Of a DNA stretch of 64,000 nucleotides, positions 1-13,050 are shown one piece after another; position 1 is the first letter of the stretch, and each line of letters starts with the position of its first letter. The notes below the pieces were generated by a model, which saw only the letters and a program-made list of their open reading frames with translations, searched no databases and had not been told where the DNA came from. The translations under genes and the position numbers were made by a program. Source of the stretch: Octopus vulgaris (taxonomy: Eukaryota); assembly GCA_951406725.2 (NCBI GenBank), contig OX597839.1, forward strand, positions 11,284,001-11,348,000, written 5' to 3'.

Positions 1-138
1 CACACAGAAGTACGCATAACTTTAAAATATAAGTGAATTATATAGAAAGCCATCTACTACAGTATTTTTGTAAGTGGACAATTTGTTGTAAAAAAATTTA
101 TCTGCCCACAGGATGATATTTCAGCATAAAATACATAA

Positions 139-322
139 AATACTCTCCCTGTTTTATGTTCAAACTGGCCAGATCCAGCATCTCACACTTACCCTGCAAT
201 GTCATTCTAAAAACAAACAGTCACATCTTCGAAATCTCTAAGCTACAAGATAATAAAATTTTTAAAAATGTAAATAATAAACATTATATTTGACAGCGTA
301 ATCCGAACGCTAAAGGGTTTAA
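139..322 (+). mobile_element. Partial TTAA-flanked MITE, family P2 (piggyBac-like)
   Basis: Shares ctgttttatgttcaaactggccagatc...aagctacaagataat with the full copy at 38573-38800 and ends in aaagggtttaa. Confidence 0.6.
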
Positions 323-1147
323 GGTGGCACAGGCTATTGTAGTAACTAGCAGTTTAGAGGAGAGTCTTTTTTGACAGATTGCTGGATTAAACTGTTTTGA
401 TGTGAGGATATATATGCTAATTGGTAATGGTGGTGGGGTTAGAAATAAAGAGAAGACTGACTCAAAGGGTGAGGAATTTGATTTTAAGTGCCAGCTTTTA
501 CACCTTGTTCTCAACAGATTATTAAACCCAAACCAGTCTTAACGCATATCAATTAAAATAACAGGTGAAAGCTTTGATGATGATGATGATGATTGGCAGA
601 AATCATTAAGATATTAATGCTGTTGGCTTAACATTTGTGCAGTTTTCTTTTACATATTTATTCGTTTATTTGTTTACTTTAAATTAGCTTCTCGATTTCC
701 AGGTGTCCTATTATCCTTCCACCCAGGGTACATTCTTCTCTGAATGTTTACAGTAACTGGGTAGCCGGTACAGGAACTGATTGTGTCAGGAGATTTTGAT
801 GTAATAAATATATACATCTTACGATTTCTTTTTTTTTTTTTTTTCCTTTTTCCTACTTGTTAATCACATGACCAACTGTATTTATACTGATGTCTGCACT
901 GCTTTTCCATGTTGAAAAGTCGTTGTTGTTTAACACTGGGCCATTCCTAACCAAGCAGACCAATGATCAAAAGTATTCCAACCATGACCATCTATTATTT
1001 TCTGGAATACTTAAATCTTGGACCACATTATCTAATCTGTCCTATATACATACATACCCCTATATATATATATATCCTTTAATCCTTAAAAATGTTTCAG
1101 GCTGAAAGCTGTGGCCATGCTGGGGCACCACCGTTGAATGAGCTACA

Positions 1148-1568
1148 CTAGTATGTGAAACCACCTCTGATACGTGGCACTTGATCAACAAGGGACTTCG
1201 ACACTGCTGCCCGCATCTGTGTTTCCTGCCGAGAGGTAGGTTCATCTGGAACCCCTGACAAGAAGAGATCCAGTTTAGTTTTAAAGAAACCCACATCCAC
1301 ACCATGCAGGTCTCTCAGGCATTTAGTAAGGATATTGAAGAGCTGTGGTCCCCTGAAACCTAAGCTGTTGCAGTATCTGGTCCTGTATTTTGATGGTGAT
1401 GTCGGGATCTTTGGCACCATGCAGTGGCAACTCATTCTGCTGTTGGGGTAACTTTCAATGGCAAAATTCGGGACAAGACCCTCCAGGATTTTCCAGATGT
1501 ATATCACTGCATATCTCTCCCGCCTTTGCTCCAGGGAGAAGAGTTTTAATACTTTCAGTCTTTCCCAG

Positions 1569-1571
<3 letters not shown>
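1148..1571 (-). pseudogene. 3' fragment of a CR1/L2-group LINE ORF2 (C-terminal region after the RT domain)
   Basis: Translation YWERLKVLKLFSLEQRRERYAVIYIWKILEG...GPQLFNIL..CLRD...FKTKLDLFL matches the Y.ERL..L.L.SLE.RR.R / FN.LP..LR / FK..LD.FL signature; 5'-truncated at a (TA)n tract. Confidence 0.85.
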
Positions 1572-1599
<28 letters not shown>

Positions 1600-1877
1600 G
1601 CGCATCATCATTTAGTATCAATTTTCTGTCCTGGCATGGGTTGGATAGGTACTGGATAAGCCAAGCACCACACCAGATTCTATAGTCTGTTTTGGCTTAG
1701 TTCCTATGCAGTGGGTTGCCCTGTCTAACATCAATCAGTTTACAGAGTGTATTGAGTCCTTTTAATGTGCCACCAGCACTAACAACAATGCTTTTTTACA
1801 TGGCAATGCATTTCATTTCATCTAGTTCCAGCTCATGGGCTGTGGCCATGCTGGGGCACCAGCATATATATATATAT

Positions 1878-2406
1878 ATAACACTGTACTTATTCCACGT
1901 CCTTATGTTGTTGTTTTTTCTTGCTTGTTCATGTTTGGATTGACTATATACCACATGCTCACATGGACCCTGGCCTTCTGGCTGACTTTGGAGTACCAGT
2001 TCCTGGAATTCTTATATCTGCGAATAAAGGTCCCATTCATTCAGATTATGCCACTCTAATCTTAATTGGAAATCATCATAATTTGTCCGTGACTCTTCCA
2101 CTTTTTCCCATCCACCTTCTACCTATCTTCTTTCTAATTCCACCTTTCTCTTTTTGTCGCCACCAATAATACCTACACTGACATTCTTCACCCATCCCCT
2201 TCCGGTCATATCAATAAGTATGTATCATTGGCGATTTTTCTTTCTCCTTCTTCCCTTCTTCGAACTTTTTCTATATTTCTGATGAAGAGCTCTGCTCGAA
2301 ACATGAAATCTTCTTTCTTTTCTTTCCTTTCCTGAGTGTCCAATAACACTGTACTTATTCCACGCCCTCGCGTTGTTGTTTTTTCCAGCTTGTTCATGTT
2401 TGGATT

Positions 2407-2414
<8 letters not shown>
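1878..2414 (+). mobile_element. Family F: Penelope-like non-autonomous element with partial-tandem (pseudo-LTR) structure and a degenerate hammerhead
   Basis: ~70-bp direct repeat at 1878-1950 and 2343-2414 (ataacactgtacttattccacg...atgtttggattgactatata); hammerhead-like motif at 2275-2309; flanked by (TA)n. Confidence 0.6.
2275..2309 (+). ncRNA. Degenerate minimal hammerhead ribozyme motif (family F)
   Basis: ATTT-CTGATGA-A-GAGC-TCT-GCTC-GAAA-CA-TG-AAAT; position 17 is G, so probably inactive. Confidence 0.5.
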
Positions 2415-2464
<50 letters not shown>

Positions 2465-3212
2465 GTATGTACTTGTATGTAATCATGTATGTGTGTGTAT
2501 ATATATATATATATAGTAAATGTTGCACAGAAAGATAAGGAAGTGACAAATGGAAAACCAAAAAACAAACATACAAAAGATAGAGATAGGCTTATCCCTC
2601 ATCGGTTATCAACTAAAAATCATCACAGTTTCAGCGCTTTATCAATAAAGGCGATCAGTTTGGTGATGTCAACAGCTAAACAGTGCTGGGATATAAATGA
2701 GTGTACAGGAAGGACGGAATAAAACAAGTGCAAAAAGTGACACGGTCTGTAGACTGAGTGGTGTAAAGGATGAGTTATAAGGAAGATGGGAAAACATTTA
2801 AAACGCAAAAGCATAAATGATAAACAACTGCAGTGTATTTATACATTGAAGGTCGTTTAAACTATATGACAGGATTAAGACATGTGGAACTAGCAGTGAT
2901 AGAAAGTATGTGCTCCTTTCAAACTTGGAAAAAATATATTTAGAAAAACAAGTGTGTATGTGTGTACTTTTATTCTTTTATACGTTTCAGCCCAAAGGCT
3001 GTGGCCATGCCGGAGCAAATATAATGACTTCATTAGGGTGATAACCCTATTAAGCTCATCCCCAGGTACAGGGTATCAGACAGACTGTAATATGGAGACA
3101 GTTTTATCAAACACCTGCCTGATAATTCTTAAGTATCTGCAGAGTTTTTATGGTTGTGAACAAGGAGAAAGGATTGAGCAAGTCCTTTTATTATATCAGT
3201 TTACCATTCTTG

Positions 3213-3515
3213 TGGAGGCACATGGCCTAGTGGTTAGAGCAGCGGACTCATGGTTGAGGAATCGCGGGTTTGAATCTCAGACCAGGCAATGTGTGTGTTT
3301 ATGAGCGAAACACCTAAGCTCCACGCAGCTCCAGCAGAAGGTAATGGCGAAACTTCTTTCACCACAACTTTCTCTCACTCTTTCCTCCTGCATCTTGCAG
3401 CTCACCTGCGATGGACTGGCGTTCCGTCCAGGTGGGGAACCTATACGCCAAGAAACCAGGAAACCGGCCCTTATGAGCCAGGCATGGCTCGAGAAGGAAC
3501 AAACAGACAAGAACA
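3213..3515 (+). mobile_element. tRNA-derived SINE family B, body type 2 (V-domain-like)
   Basis: tRNA-like head (tggcctagtggttagagcagcggactc...gggtttgaatctc), body gcgatggactggcgttccgtccagg, (caaa)-like tail; 15-bp TSD agtttaccattcttg at 3198-3212 and 3516-3530. Confidence 0.85.
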
Positions 3516-4947
3516 AGTTTACCATTCTTGCATCTGAATTCAATCTCATGGATATTTCTTATATTATACAACTGGTGATTCATGAGATCAAATGTTGAGG
3601 AAACAATTGTAAATTGATGTAATAAAAGGACTTATTCACTCCATTCTTCTTGTTTATATATATATGTGTGTGTGTGTGTGTTAAAGAGGATAGGATATGA
3701 TTTGAGGAAGATTTAGATGTTATCTCTGGGAGGTAGGGTGAACACATAGAGGGCTCCTCATTGATTGCTGACTTGTGGTGGTGGTGGTGGTTGCTGTCAG
3801 ATGAATCTATTATATTACCTCACCTTGAAGCACCACACCACCTCCCTACACCTTCATTATGCCAACTCACAAAAGCAGTTAACTTGTTGACCCTGTGTTG
3901 CCAGGACAACTCATGTCAAAGGTCAAGGTAAGTTAGGAGAGGAGCTGGCACCACAACAAGGTGGTTTAGCCTGCCACTAATAGTAGCTAAATCTCCCTGA
4001 AATTACACCCCCCGCTGCCTTAAGAAGAAAAAGAAATACATATGAGACAATCTATGTAGTCTCTAATATACAAAAGATGAGATGGTCATGCATGGAACAT
4101 GTTTGATCATAGGTCTGGATAGTCAAAGTTAAACTATAGCTAAGTTACAACAACCACAAAGGTTGAGTCTATATAATCTGATTCCTCCAAAGAGATTACT
4201 CTCTCACTCACTCACACACACTCACACACACACACACACACATGAACGCACACACACATACACACGAGGTTTGATGTTATATTAATGTCCACTGTTAGAT
4301 GAATAGATCAAATTATGAAATTTACATTGTGTGTCTGTGTGTCCATGCATATTTCATAAATTGATTCTGTGTGTATTAATACATGTGCATGCACACACAC
4401 ACACACACACACACAGGTTTCAGCTATGTAAATAGCAAATACAATATTAAATGTCATATTATAATAATTACTAATATTTTATCTATTATGTGTGTAAGCA
4501 TTACATTATGCATGTGCGCGCGCGTAAGTGTGTGTGTACTTGTATTTTATCAGTGTTCTACTTGTCTCAGTCATGGGGCTGTGGCCATGCTGCAGCACTG
4601 CCTTCAACAGGTTTAGTCAATTAGATCATCCTTTTACGTCTGATAATTAATTCCATGATAATTAATTCTCTTTTTTTGTTGTACCACTAAGTCACACACA
4701 CACACACATTCACATAAGTAAAGACAGAATTAATCAAATCCTCTTTTCTTGTTGCTGAACACTTGTGGGTTTTTTATCCATGGGCTACATTTTTCAGTGA
4801 CACTAAATTTATGCTTATTAAACATATCCTATGTGACTTCCGTCGCTATATTTATTCCTAAGTGTTTGTGTTTGTCTGTGTGATCATGTTTATAATTTTC
4901 ATGTATGTTTGTGTGTATTGTATATTAAGAATACATAAATATCCATG

Positions 4948-4987
<40 letters not shown>

Positions 4988-5934
4988 AGAGAATTTGTAT
5001 TTGGTTTACAAAATTGTCCTTCTCTGTGTCTATGCTGCTTGCTGTCAGTTCTAGTGGAACAGCAGTACAACCACAATGGTGCCAGCTACAGAAAGGTTAT
5101 TGGCTATGGAAGAAATCTTGACTGCTGTTGGTTGAAAACCCATTCACAGTTATCTGTCTAGTGTGGCTGGCTGTTCTTCTCACTTTTCACCCTCCCTCCC
5201 TTCAATTACCACAGCTTTCTTTCCCTTCCTAGTTTAATTCCTGATGCTCTCTTCATCTCTCTCTCTCTCATACACATGAGCTCACAAACACAAAGCACCA
5301 CCACCATCTCTAGCAAGTTATCTCCCTTGCCTGCATTCCAATGCTTCTGTGAAGAGAGAGAGAGAGAGAGAAGAGAGAGACAGAAAGAGAGAGAGAGACA
5401 TTCCTTCAGCCAAGTGAATAAAATAAACCTGATCTATATAGTTGGTTATAGTGTTGTTGAACAATGCCAGTTCACATGATTGCCTTGTTTATAGAACCAG
5501 AGAGAAAATATTTCCACTTCCTTTACTCTTGGCCCTTCTATGCTTTCAGAATTGTCCTTGTGTCTACCCCAACCCCACCCCACTCAACCACCTTCCTTCC
5601 TTATTTATCAACATCTCCAGTTTGGCACTATTTATTTATTCATGGAGATGGCTTTTGTGTTTAAAACACAGCCACTAATTGCAGATCGAAGAGAGAGAGG
5701 AGGAAGTGCAGCAAGTTAGCCTAGCTATGTAACACAAATCTGTCATTTCTAAATCTGTATTTCTTCCAGGAGAGAGAGAGAGAGACAGAGAGAGAGAAGA
5801 GGAGAGAGAGGTTGGTAGTGGCAGTGATGTTGGAGATTGCATATGTGGTAACAGAAATAGTGTTGTGCTACCATTCTATCTGTTTATTATTATAGCCCTT
5901 CTATGTTTATTAGCTTTGAGATTGGTTTGTGTAA

Positions 5935-6072
5935 CTACATACATACATACATATATTCGTGTTATGCATATGTTATATGCTTGTGTTATACACACATACA
6001 TAAATACATGTGTTGTTACATATATTTAGATAATTTAATAACGTGTGTGTAATGTATGTGAGTGTTTGTGAT

Positions 6073-6104
<32 letters not shown>

Positions 6105-6246
6105 ATGTGTATATAATATATATATATATATATATATAATGTGTATATAATATATATGCAATTATATATATAAATGTGTGTGTAATATATACACACACAC
6201 ACACTCAACAATATGGATAGTATGTGTACATGTGTGTATGTTTTAT

Positions 6247-6313
<67 letters not shown>

Positions 6314-6330
6314 ATATATGTATATAATGT
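5935..6330. repeat. Compound (TA)n/(TG)n/(CA)n microsatellite
   Basis: Seen directly. Confidence 0.9.
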
Positions 6331-6344
6331 AATTTTTTGTTTTA

Positions 6345-6576
6345 ATTGTTTAATTAACTGGGCTGCAGGCATGTTGGGGGACTACCTTGAAAGGTTTTAG
6401 TGTGGCCTCAGTGCTTATTAGTTTAATTCCGGTAATTATCTGTCTCTTTTTTGACAAAACACTAAGTTTACAGGGATGTAAACAAACCAACAGTGGTTAT
6501 AAAGCAGTGGGTGCAAAACAAACACATTCACAGAGATACGCATGTATATATATATATATGTGTATGTGTGTGTATG

Positions 6577-6612
<36 letters not shown>

Positions 6613-6800
6613 TATATATACACACACACACATACACATGCACATACATACACACACACATATATACACACATACATATAACAGGCTTTCTACAGTTTCC
6701 ATCTACTAAATTCACTCACAAGGGAGAGTTTACTTGGCCTGAGACTAGGTGACACACAGTGATACCAAAACCAGAATCACATGGTTACAAAGTGAACATA
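6345..6800 (-). mobile_element. Diverged SINE family A
   Basis: Reverse-complement match to the family A body and tail, with an internal (TA)/(CA) microsatellite. Confidence 0.65.
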
Positions 6801-7247
6801 GTTATGTTTGGTTACATGTGCTACACACACACACACACACACGTACACCAACACATACACATAAAATTTATATGGAAAAAATGTATGGATACAGACTACA
6901 TAAAGTCTCTGTGCTTTTTCACTGTGTGGTCTGTAAAATAAACAGTTGTATGTTGTATTATAATATATGCTTCCAACTGTTTAAAACTGGTTTTCTTCAC
7001 TTTTATTGAATGGAGATAATCTGTTGCTTTTAGGGGAGGTAAGGTTGTTCCCCTCCATCAGATATGGCACTAAACATAAGTGTCTATCAGTTTGTCATTA
7101 ATATTCCTTCAACAGTTTGGAGTATTAAATTAAAGATAATTCTAAACAGACAAGCATAAAAATCCTGTTAAATTATCTCGGAATAATTATCTCAGAATAT
7201 TTCCTGTGTCCTTAGTTAAACATAAACATCCAAGGAAAATAATCATA

Positions 7248-7476
7248 TTAACCCTTTTGTTACCAACCCGACTGAAACCGGCTCTGGCTCTTTAGTATAA
7301 ATGTCTTGTTTTCATAAGTTTTGAATTCAAATCTTCCACCAAATCTTAGATAAAATTTATGTTACTAACACTAGCTTAATGATAACAAAGTTAATTTACT
7401 GAATTCTTTGTTATATTTAAAATAATTGAAAGAAACACAGAGCATCTCAAAATAAATACAGTAATTAAAGGGTTAA
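7248..7476 (+). mobile_element. MITE family P1 (piggyBac-like)
   Basis: TTAA|CCCTTT...AAAGGG|TTAA ends; homologous to 24350-24567, 31034-31263 and 31287-31516. Confidence 0.85.
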
Positions 7477-7549
7477 GAAGGCAAGGGGTTAGTACAGTTG
7501 TTAGAAAGGTATTTGTTCTAGTTTACTGTTCAAACCCTACTAGGGTCAG

Positions 7550-7910
7550 CTTTGGGTATGTGGGTAACAGACTTTCGAACCATGTGGCCTTGGCTTCAGC
7601 TCCACCGAGTGACACTTTGGGCTATTACTATAGCCTCTGGCCAACCAAATACCTTGAGTGGATTTGGTAGCCAGAAACTGAAGGATGTCTGTCATATATG
7701 CATGTGTGTTTATGTTTGTGCTCCACGATTCCTGGGCAGTCGCTGTTGGTTTGTTTACATCCCTGTGACATAGTGGTTTGGTAAAAGAGACTGATAGAAT
7801 AAGCATCAGGCTTAAAAAATAAGTACTGGGGTCAATTTTGACTAAACTCTTCGTGGTGGTACCCCACCATGTCTGCAGTCCAATAACGGAAATAAATTAA
7901 GGGTAAAACA
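7550..7910 (+). mobile_element. Diverged SINE family A
   Basis: gagtggatttggtagccagaaactgaa...gtaaaagagactgatagaataag...ggtggtacccc. Confidence 0.7.
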
Positions 7911-7984
7911 TTAAAGATGCATACATCGTGGCTGAGGACTTGCTGTTGACTATGGCCTCTGCTTGCTCTCCTTTCCTCTTTTCT

Positions 7985-8204
7985 CTTTTCCTCTTTCAGT
8001 CATTTGACTGTGGCTATGCTGGAGCACCGCCCTTAGTCGAGCAAATCGACTGCAGGACTTATTCTTTGTAAGCCTAGTACTTATTCTGTCAGTCTCTTTT
8101 GCTGAACTGCTAAGTTATGGGGACATAAAGACACCAGCATCGGTTATCAAGCGATGTTGGGGGACAAACACAGACACACAAACATATACGCACACGTACA
8201 CACG

Positions 8205-8244
<40 letters not shown>

Positions 8245-8415
8245 AATATATACGACAGGCTTCTTTCAGTTTCCGTTGACCAAATCCACTCACAAGGCTT
8301 TGGTCAGCCCGAGGCTATAGTAGAAGACACTTGCCCAAGGTGCCACACAGTGGGACTGAACCTGGAACCATGTGGCTGGTAAGCAAGCTACTTACCACAC
8401 AGCCACTCCTACACC
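7985..8415 (-). mobile_element. Full-length SINE family A (tRNA-derived, CORE-like motif)
   Basis: On - strand: A-box-like gtggctgtgtggt, B-box-like ggttcagtccc, CORE-like ggcaccttgggcaagtg, internal (TA)n, tail ccagcatrgccacagtcaaatgactgaaa. Confidence 0.9.
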
Positions 8416-8524
8416 TATATATACAAACTATTTTAACAATTTTTTTTTTTATATATATACAGTTTATGATTGAATATAATATTCAATCATAAAAACATAA
8501 TGGGATTTTAAACATCAAATTGGT

Positions 8525-8593
8525 ACAGGGCCCCACTTGAGTAAAATAGAAATCAAAGGGGTTCTATTGACAAAAAAATGTTGAGAACCACTA
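8525..8593 (+). mobile_element. Right-end fragment of a hAT-like MITE
   Basis: Ends in gttgagaaccacta (Charlie-like TIR); homologous to 38815-38881. Confidence 0.45.
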
Positions 8594-9207
8594 CGTTAGA
8601 GCAACAAACTTTTATGTGGTACATGCTTTTATATTCTCTAAATGTGTGTGAAACCTTTAAAAGAAGTCACAGGAAAAAGAGAAAAACAAACAAACAAAAA
8701 AAAAAAAAGAAAACAGGAACAAAATTAAAACACTGCAAGTTTCAAGTAACAATATCCTCCCACGTCAATTTGCGTATGCATTTAAATGCACATATGTGTT
8801 ATGCATATATGCTCATTGTTGGATGGCCATTGACTCCCTTGAGTTCATCAACTATTTTTATTCAGTCTTTGTTTTTTATTCTCCAAGGTGTCTAAAAAAA
8901 AAAAAAAATCACCCTCCTCCCCAAGCAAGATTAATGGGTGAGTGGGGTTGCCATTTTAGTTGCTGATGACTCAACCATGCAACTGCTTGTACAGGGCTTA
9001 CATGTTACCAGTAGTGCTCTTTCTCTGTCTGTCTGTGTGTCTCTGTCTCTCTCCCGCTCTCTCATTCCTGTATGTGACATCAGTGCCATGAACCTGTGTG
9101 TATGTGTGTGTGTGTGTTAGTTACACAGCTATCAAGATATGAATTGCGAAGTGCTCCCAGGATACAAAGCCAACCTTGTGTCTACTCAGAGTACTTTCAA
9201 TAGTGAT

Positions 9208-9444
9208 CATGTTACACATCGCTGGTCACAATGCGTTCGCATTGTTTTAGCCTTCGAATGATGCGAGCAGGCCAACAGAAGAAAGAGTGGTGAAAGAGTA
9301 CATCTAGGATCACCTGCCGGAGCCTCGTGGAGCTTTTGGGTGTTTTCGCTCAATAAACACTCACAGCGCCCGGTCTGGGAATCGAAACCGCCATCCTATG
9401 ACCGTGAGTCCGCTGCCCTAACCACTGGGCCATTGTGCCTCCAC
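9208..9444 (-). mobile_element. SINE family B, body type 1 (internally deleted)
   Basis: tRNA-like head on the - strand; 15-bp TSD actttcaatagtgat at 9193-9207 and 9445-9459. Confidence 0.85.
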
Positions 9445-9917
9445 ACTTTCAATAGTGATTGATCTGAATAACCTTTATGAAAATTGGTCTGAGGTCTTGA
9501 GACTGGTGCCAGATGACAAAATGATTTCTACAAAGGACTTCATTAGCTTCTGTGTCATTTGGCATTTTACTCTGTACGAACCGGCATCGACGTCGAACGG
9601 TTTACAAAGTTTTATAAATATTTCATTCAGCCGTGTTGCAATTATTGTCTCTATTGATTTATCCTATTGTCTTTGTTTCATTTCCTCGTTCTCCATCATT
9701 GTTGGCTGCTCTCCAAACTCCGGAGCTTTTAACCAATCAATTTCGCTTCATACAAGCTTTACTACACAGTTCTTTCACTAAACCAGAAAATATGTTTGCT
9801 CTCCCCCCACCCCCTCCCTCTCCCGTCTGCCTCACGTTTGTGGCTCTTAATATTCACTGCTATTTTGGTTTCGGTAAATTCTTTTGTAAACCCAGGCCAA
9901 TTTGTTTGTGTACATAT

Positions 9918-10262
9918 ATCTTTTATCTGTTTCAGTCGTTCGACTACGGCCATGCTGGGGCACTGCCTTGAAAAAATTTTAGTCGAATGAATCGACCCGT
10001 ACTGTTGGTCTCTTCTTACCAAACTGGTAAATTATGGGGATGTAAACACACCAACACCGGTTGTCAAAAAGTGGTGGGGGACAAACACACACACACACAT
10101 ATGATGGGCTTCTTTCAGTTTCTGTCTACCAAATCTACTCACAAGTCTTTGTTAACCCAAGGCTATAATAGAAGACACTTGCCCAAAGTTCCACGTAATA
10201 GGACTGAACCCAGAACCACATGGTTGGGAAGCAAGTTCCTTACCACACAGCCACACCTGTGC

Positions 10263-10265
<3 letters not shown>
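9918..10265 (-). mobile_element. SINE family A
   Basis: Reverse-complement match over head, body and tail. Confidence 0.8.
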
Positions 10266-10324
<59 letters not shown>

Positions 10325-10761
10325 TTTTATTCTTTCATATGTTTCAGCCTTGAAGTTGCGGCCATGCTGGGGCACCATTACACGCATGCACACACACACA
10401 CACACACAGTTTTCCCATCATATATAGACTATATATTTTTGGGAAAGGAGGGGAATCTCTCTCTGTACCTTTACAGTATGGCAGTAAAAATGAAATATGT
10501 ACTGGGGTCCATTTGTTCTAAAACCCTTCAAGGTGGTGCCCCACCATGGTTACAGTCCAATGACTGAAACAAGTAAAAGATAAAAGATATATTTTATATT
10601 TTGGAATAACTGAGGCAAGACTTCATTATTGATTTCTGTTTTGATTGAGTAGTATGTATATAGTGTTGTTGCTATTGTTTACGCTCAGATGTACCCTGAT
10701 GAAGAAGGGTTTATGATTGAAAGCATTCCCAGATGATAAACAAGTCCCAAAATGCCATCTG

Positions 10762-10803
<42 letters not shown>

Positions 10804-10957
10804 ACATTCATTCACTCGCTCTCCTTCTCAGTTTGTCTGTGTCTCTCTGTCTGTCTCTCTCTCACACACACACTCACCCATTCATATACACCCTCTCTTT
10901 CTCTCTCTGTCTCACACACATATACACTCACCCATTTATTTACGCTCTTTCTCTCTT

Positions 10958-11021
<64 letters not shown>

Positions 11022-11449
11022 ACATAGACACAAACACACACATAAATGCTTGTGTGAGTGTGTATAATATATATTTCACTTTATAGTAATTGTCATCTTG
11101 GCTGAGGAATGCTGGAATAATCTGCTAAGCTATTCAAGGGAAAACTTAGGATAGTATTTGGTGGTTGAGGAAGTGAAAGACATTAGCTCTGTCTACTGTG
11201 TATAAGCAGATGAGTGGTTAGTTATGTGCAAGTTCTGCACATAAGTGATTTTGAATATAAGCTAGCTCAATCACTCTTTCCATAAACAATCACCACAGAG
11301 GAAAGATGAATATTTCACCTAGTTTCTTAATTGAGCTCTTCATTTTAAGATTCAAATTGGGCTTGGTTTGGCTTTTTTTCTTCTTTTATTGCTGAGTTTT
11401 TGAGGGCGGAGCCCAAGACTCTTGCAGATCCTCCAAGACAGGTAAAATT

Positions 11450-11930
11450 GCTGAAAGACAAAGTTGACCTCGGCAGAATTTGAACTCACAACGTAACGGC
11501 AGACGAAATACCTATTTCTTTATTACACACATGGGGCTAAAGATAGAAGGGACAAACAAGGACAGACGTAGGTATTAAGTCGATTACATCGACCCCAGTG
11601 CGTAACTGGTACTTAATTTATCGACCCTGAAAGGATGAAAGGTAAAGTCGACCTCGGCGGAATTTAAACTCACAACGTAATGGTAGACGAAATACCTATT
11701 TCTTTATTACCCACAAGGGGCTAAACATAGAAGGGACAAACAAGGACAGACATAGATATTAAGTCGATTACATCGACCCCAGTGCGTAACTGGTAACTAA
11801 TTTATCGACCCCGAAAGGATGAAAGGCAAAGTCGACCTCGGTGGAATTTGAACTCACAACGTAATGGTAGACGAAATACCGCTAAACATTTCGCCTGGCA
11901 TGCTAACGTTTCTGCCAGCTCTTCGCCTTG
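11450..11930 (-). mobile_element. SINE family C as a tandem array (184-bp period)
   Basis: Repeated gacgaaatacctatttcttt junctions near 11505 and 11689; body gcctttcatcctttcggggtcgataaattaagtaccag (Meta-domain-like). Confidence 0.85.
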
Positions 11931-11934
11931 TTTC

Positions 11935-12090
11935 TTTTAGTTTCTCTCCACCAAATCCACTCACGAGGCTTTGGCCGACCCAAGGCTATTGTAGTAGACA
12001 CTTGCCGAAGGGGTCCACACATTGAGACTAAACCCAGAACCATGTGTTTGGGAAACAAGCTTCTTACCACATGGCTATGCCTGTGCCTAT
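11935..12090 (-). mobile_element. SINE family A, 5' half
   Basis: ccaaatccactcac...cccagaaccatgtg...cttcttaccaca. Confidence 0.7.
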
Positions 12091-13016
12091 ACTTAGTTGC
12101 ATCTCTCCTGGTTTTATATTCTGAGCTCAAATTCTGCCATGGCCGACTTTACCTTTCATCCTTTGAGGGTCAATAGAATAAGTACCAGTGACGTTGTGGG
12201 GGTTGATGTAATTGGGACTAACCCACTCCCCACCAAAAATTTCAGGCTTTGTGCCTATAAGAAAGAATAATTAAATATCAATATTGTCGCCAGTTCTTTT
12301 TTTATTTGTTGATGCGTAAAATTTAGCCTGGTCTTGTATTATTTTTTTCCTGTTCTGGTCTCCCGTGCCCCACCCAAACACCCACCCAAATCCATCCATC
12401 CATCCATCCATCCTTCCTTCCTTCCTTGATGTCTTTTGTAGTTTTTGTTTCTTTTTCTTGTTCTGCCATTAAGAAGAGCGAAATCTCACCATGAGAAAGT
12501 AGCATGAATTATTAGCGAGAGGCTAAGATGATTTAATGAGTCGATCCTATAACGAACGTTTAGTTATCTTTTATTTTCTTGCTACTCATTAGAAACACTC
12601 AACTAGTTGCTTGCTGCCGTTTTTCTGGTTTTTTTTTTTGTTTTTCTTTGTTTTTTTTTTTACTTCTCAGTTTCGTTCCCCCTCCTCTCCATCTTTCTCC
12701 CTTTTTCTTCTCGGTTGTACGTTAGGTTAGTTACTAAATGTTTTGTTTTCAAACTTGAGCAGATTTTCACGCAAATAATTTTCCTCCCGTTTCTTTTAAT
12801 ACACATTTTACAAATATATTTTGTTAAAATTTAATTTGTTATATAACAGTAACAAAAACAAAAACAAAAACCAAAATAAAATAAAATAAAACAAACAAGA
12901 GAAAATATAACAAAAACTACAGCGAAACAACAGAAAACAACAACAAATTCTGTAAACGAAATAACGAGCTTGTAAATTAGATACCGGCTTTCGTTTGTCA
13001 TAAGCATCATCGTCGC

Positions 13017-13050
<34 letters not shown>

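Noticed and set aside
2621-2668. Hairpin with minus-strand CTGAT...GAAAC
   Set aside because: The core reads CTGATCG instead of CTGANGA and there is no valid cleavage site; only an imperfect hairpin is supported.
10696-10732. CTGATGA...GAAA hammerhead-like spacing
   Set aside because: No stem II or stem III pairing in the right register.
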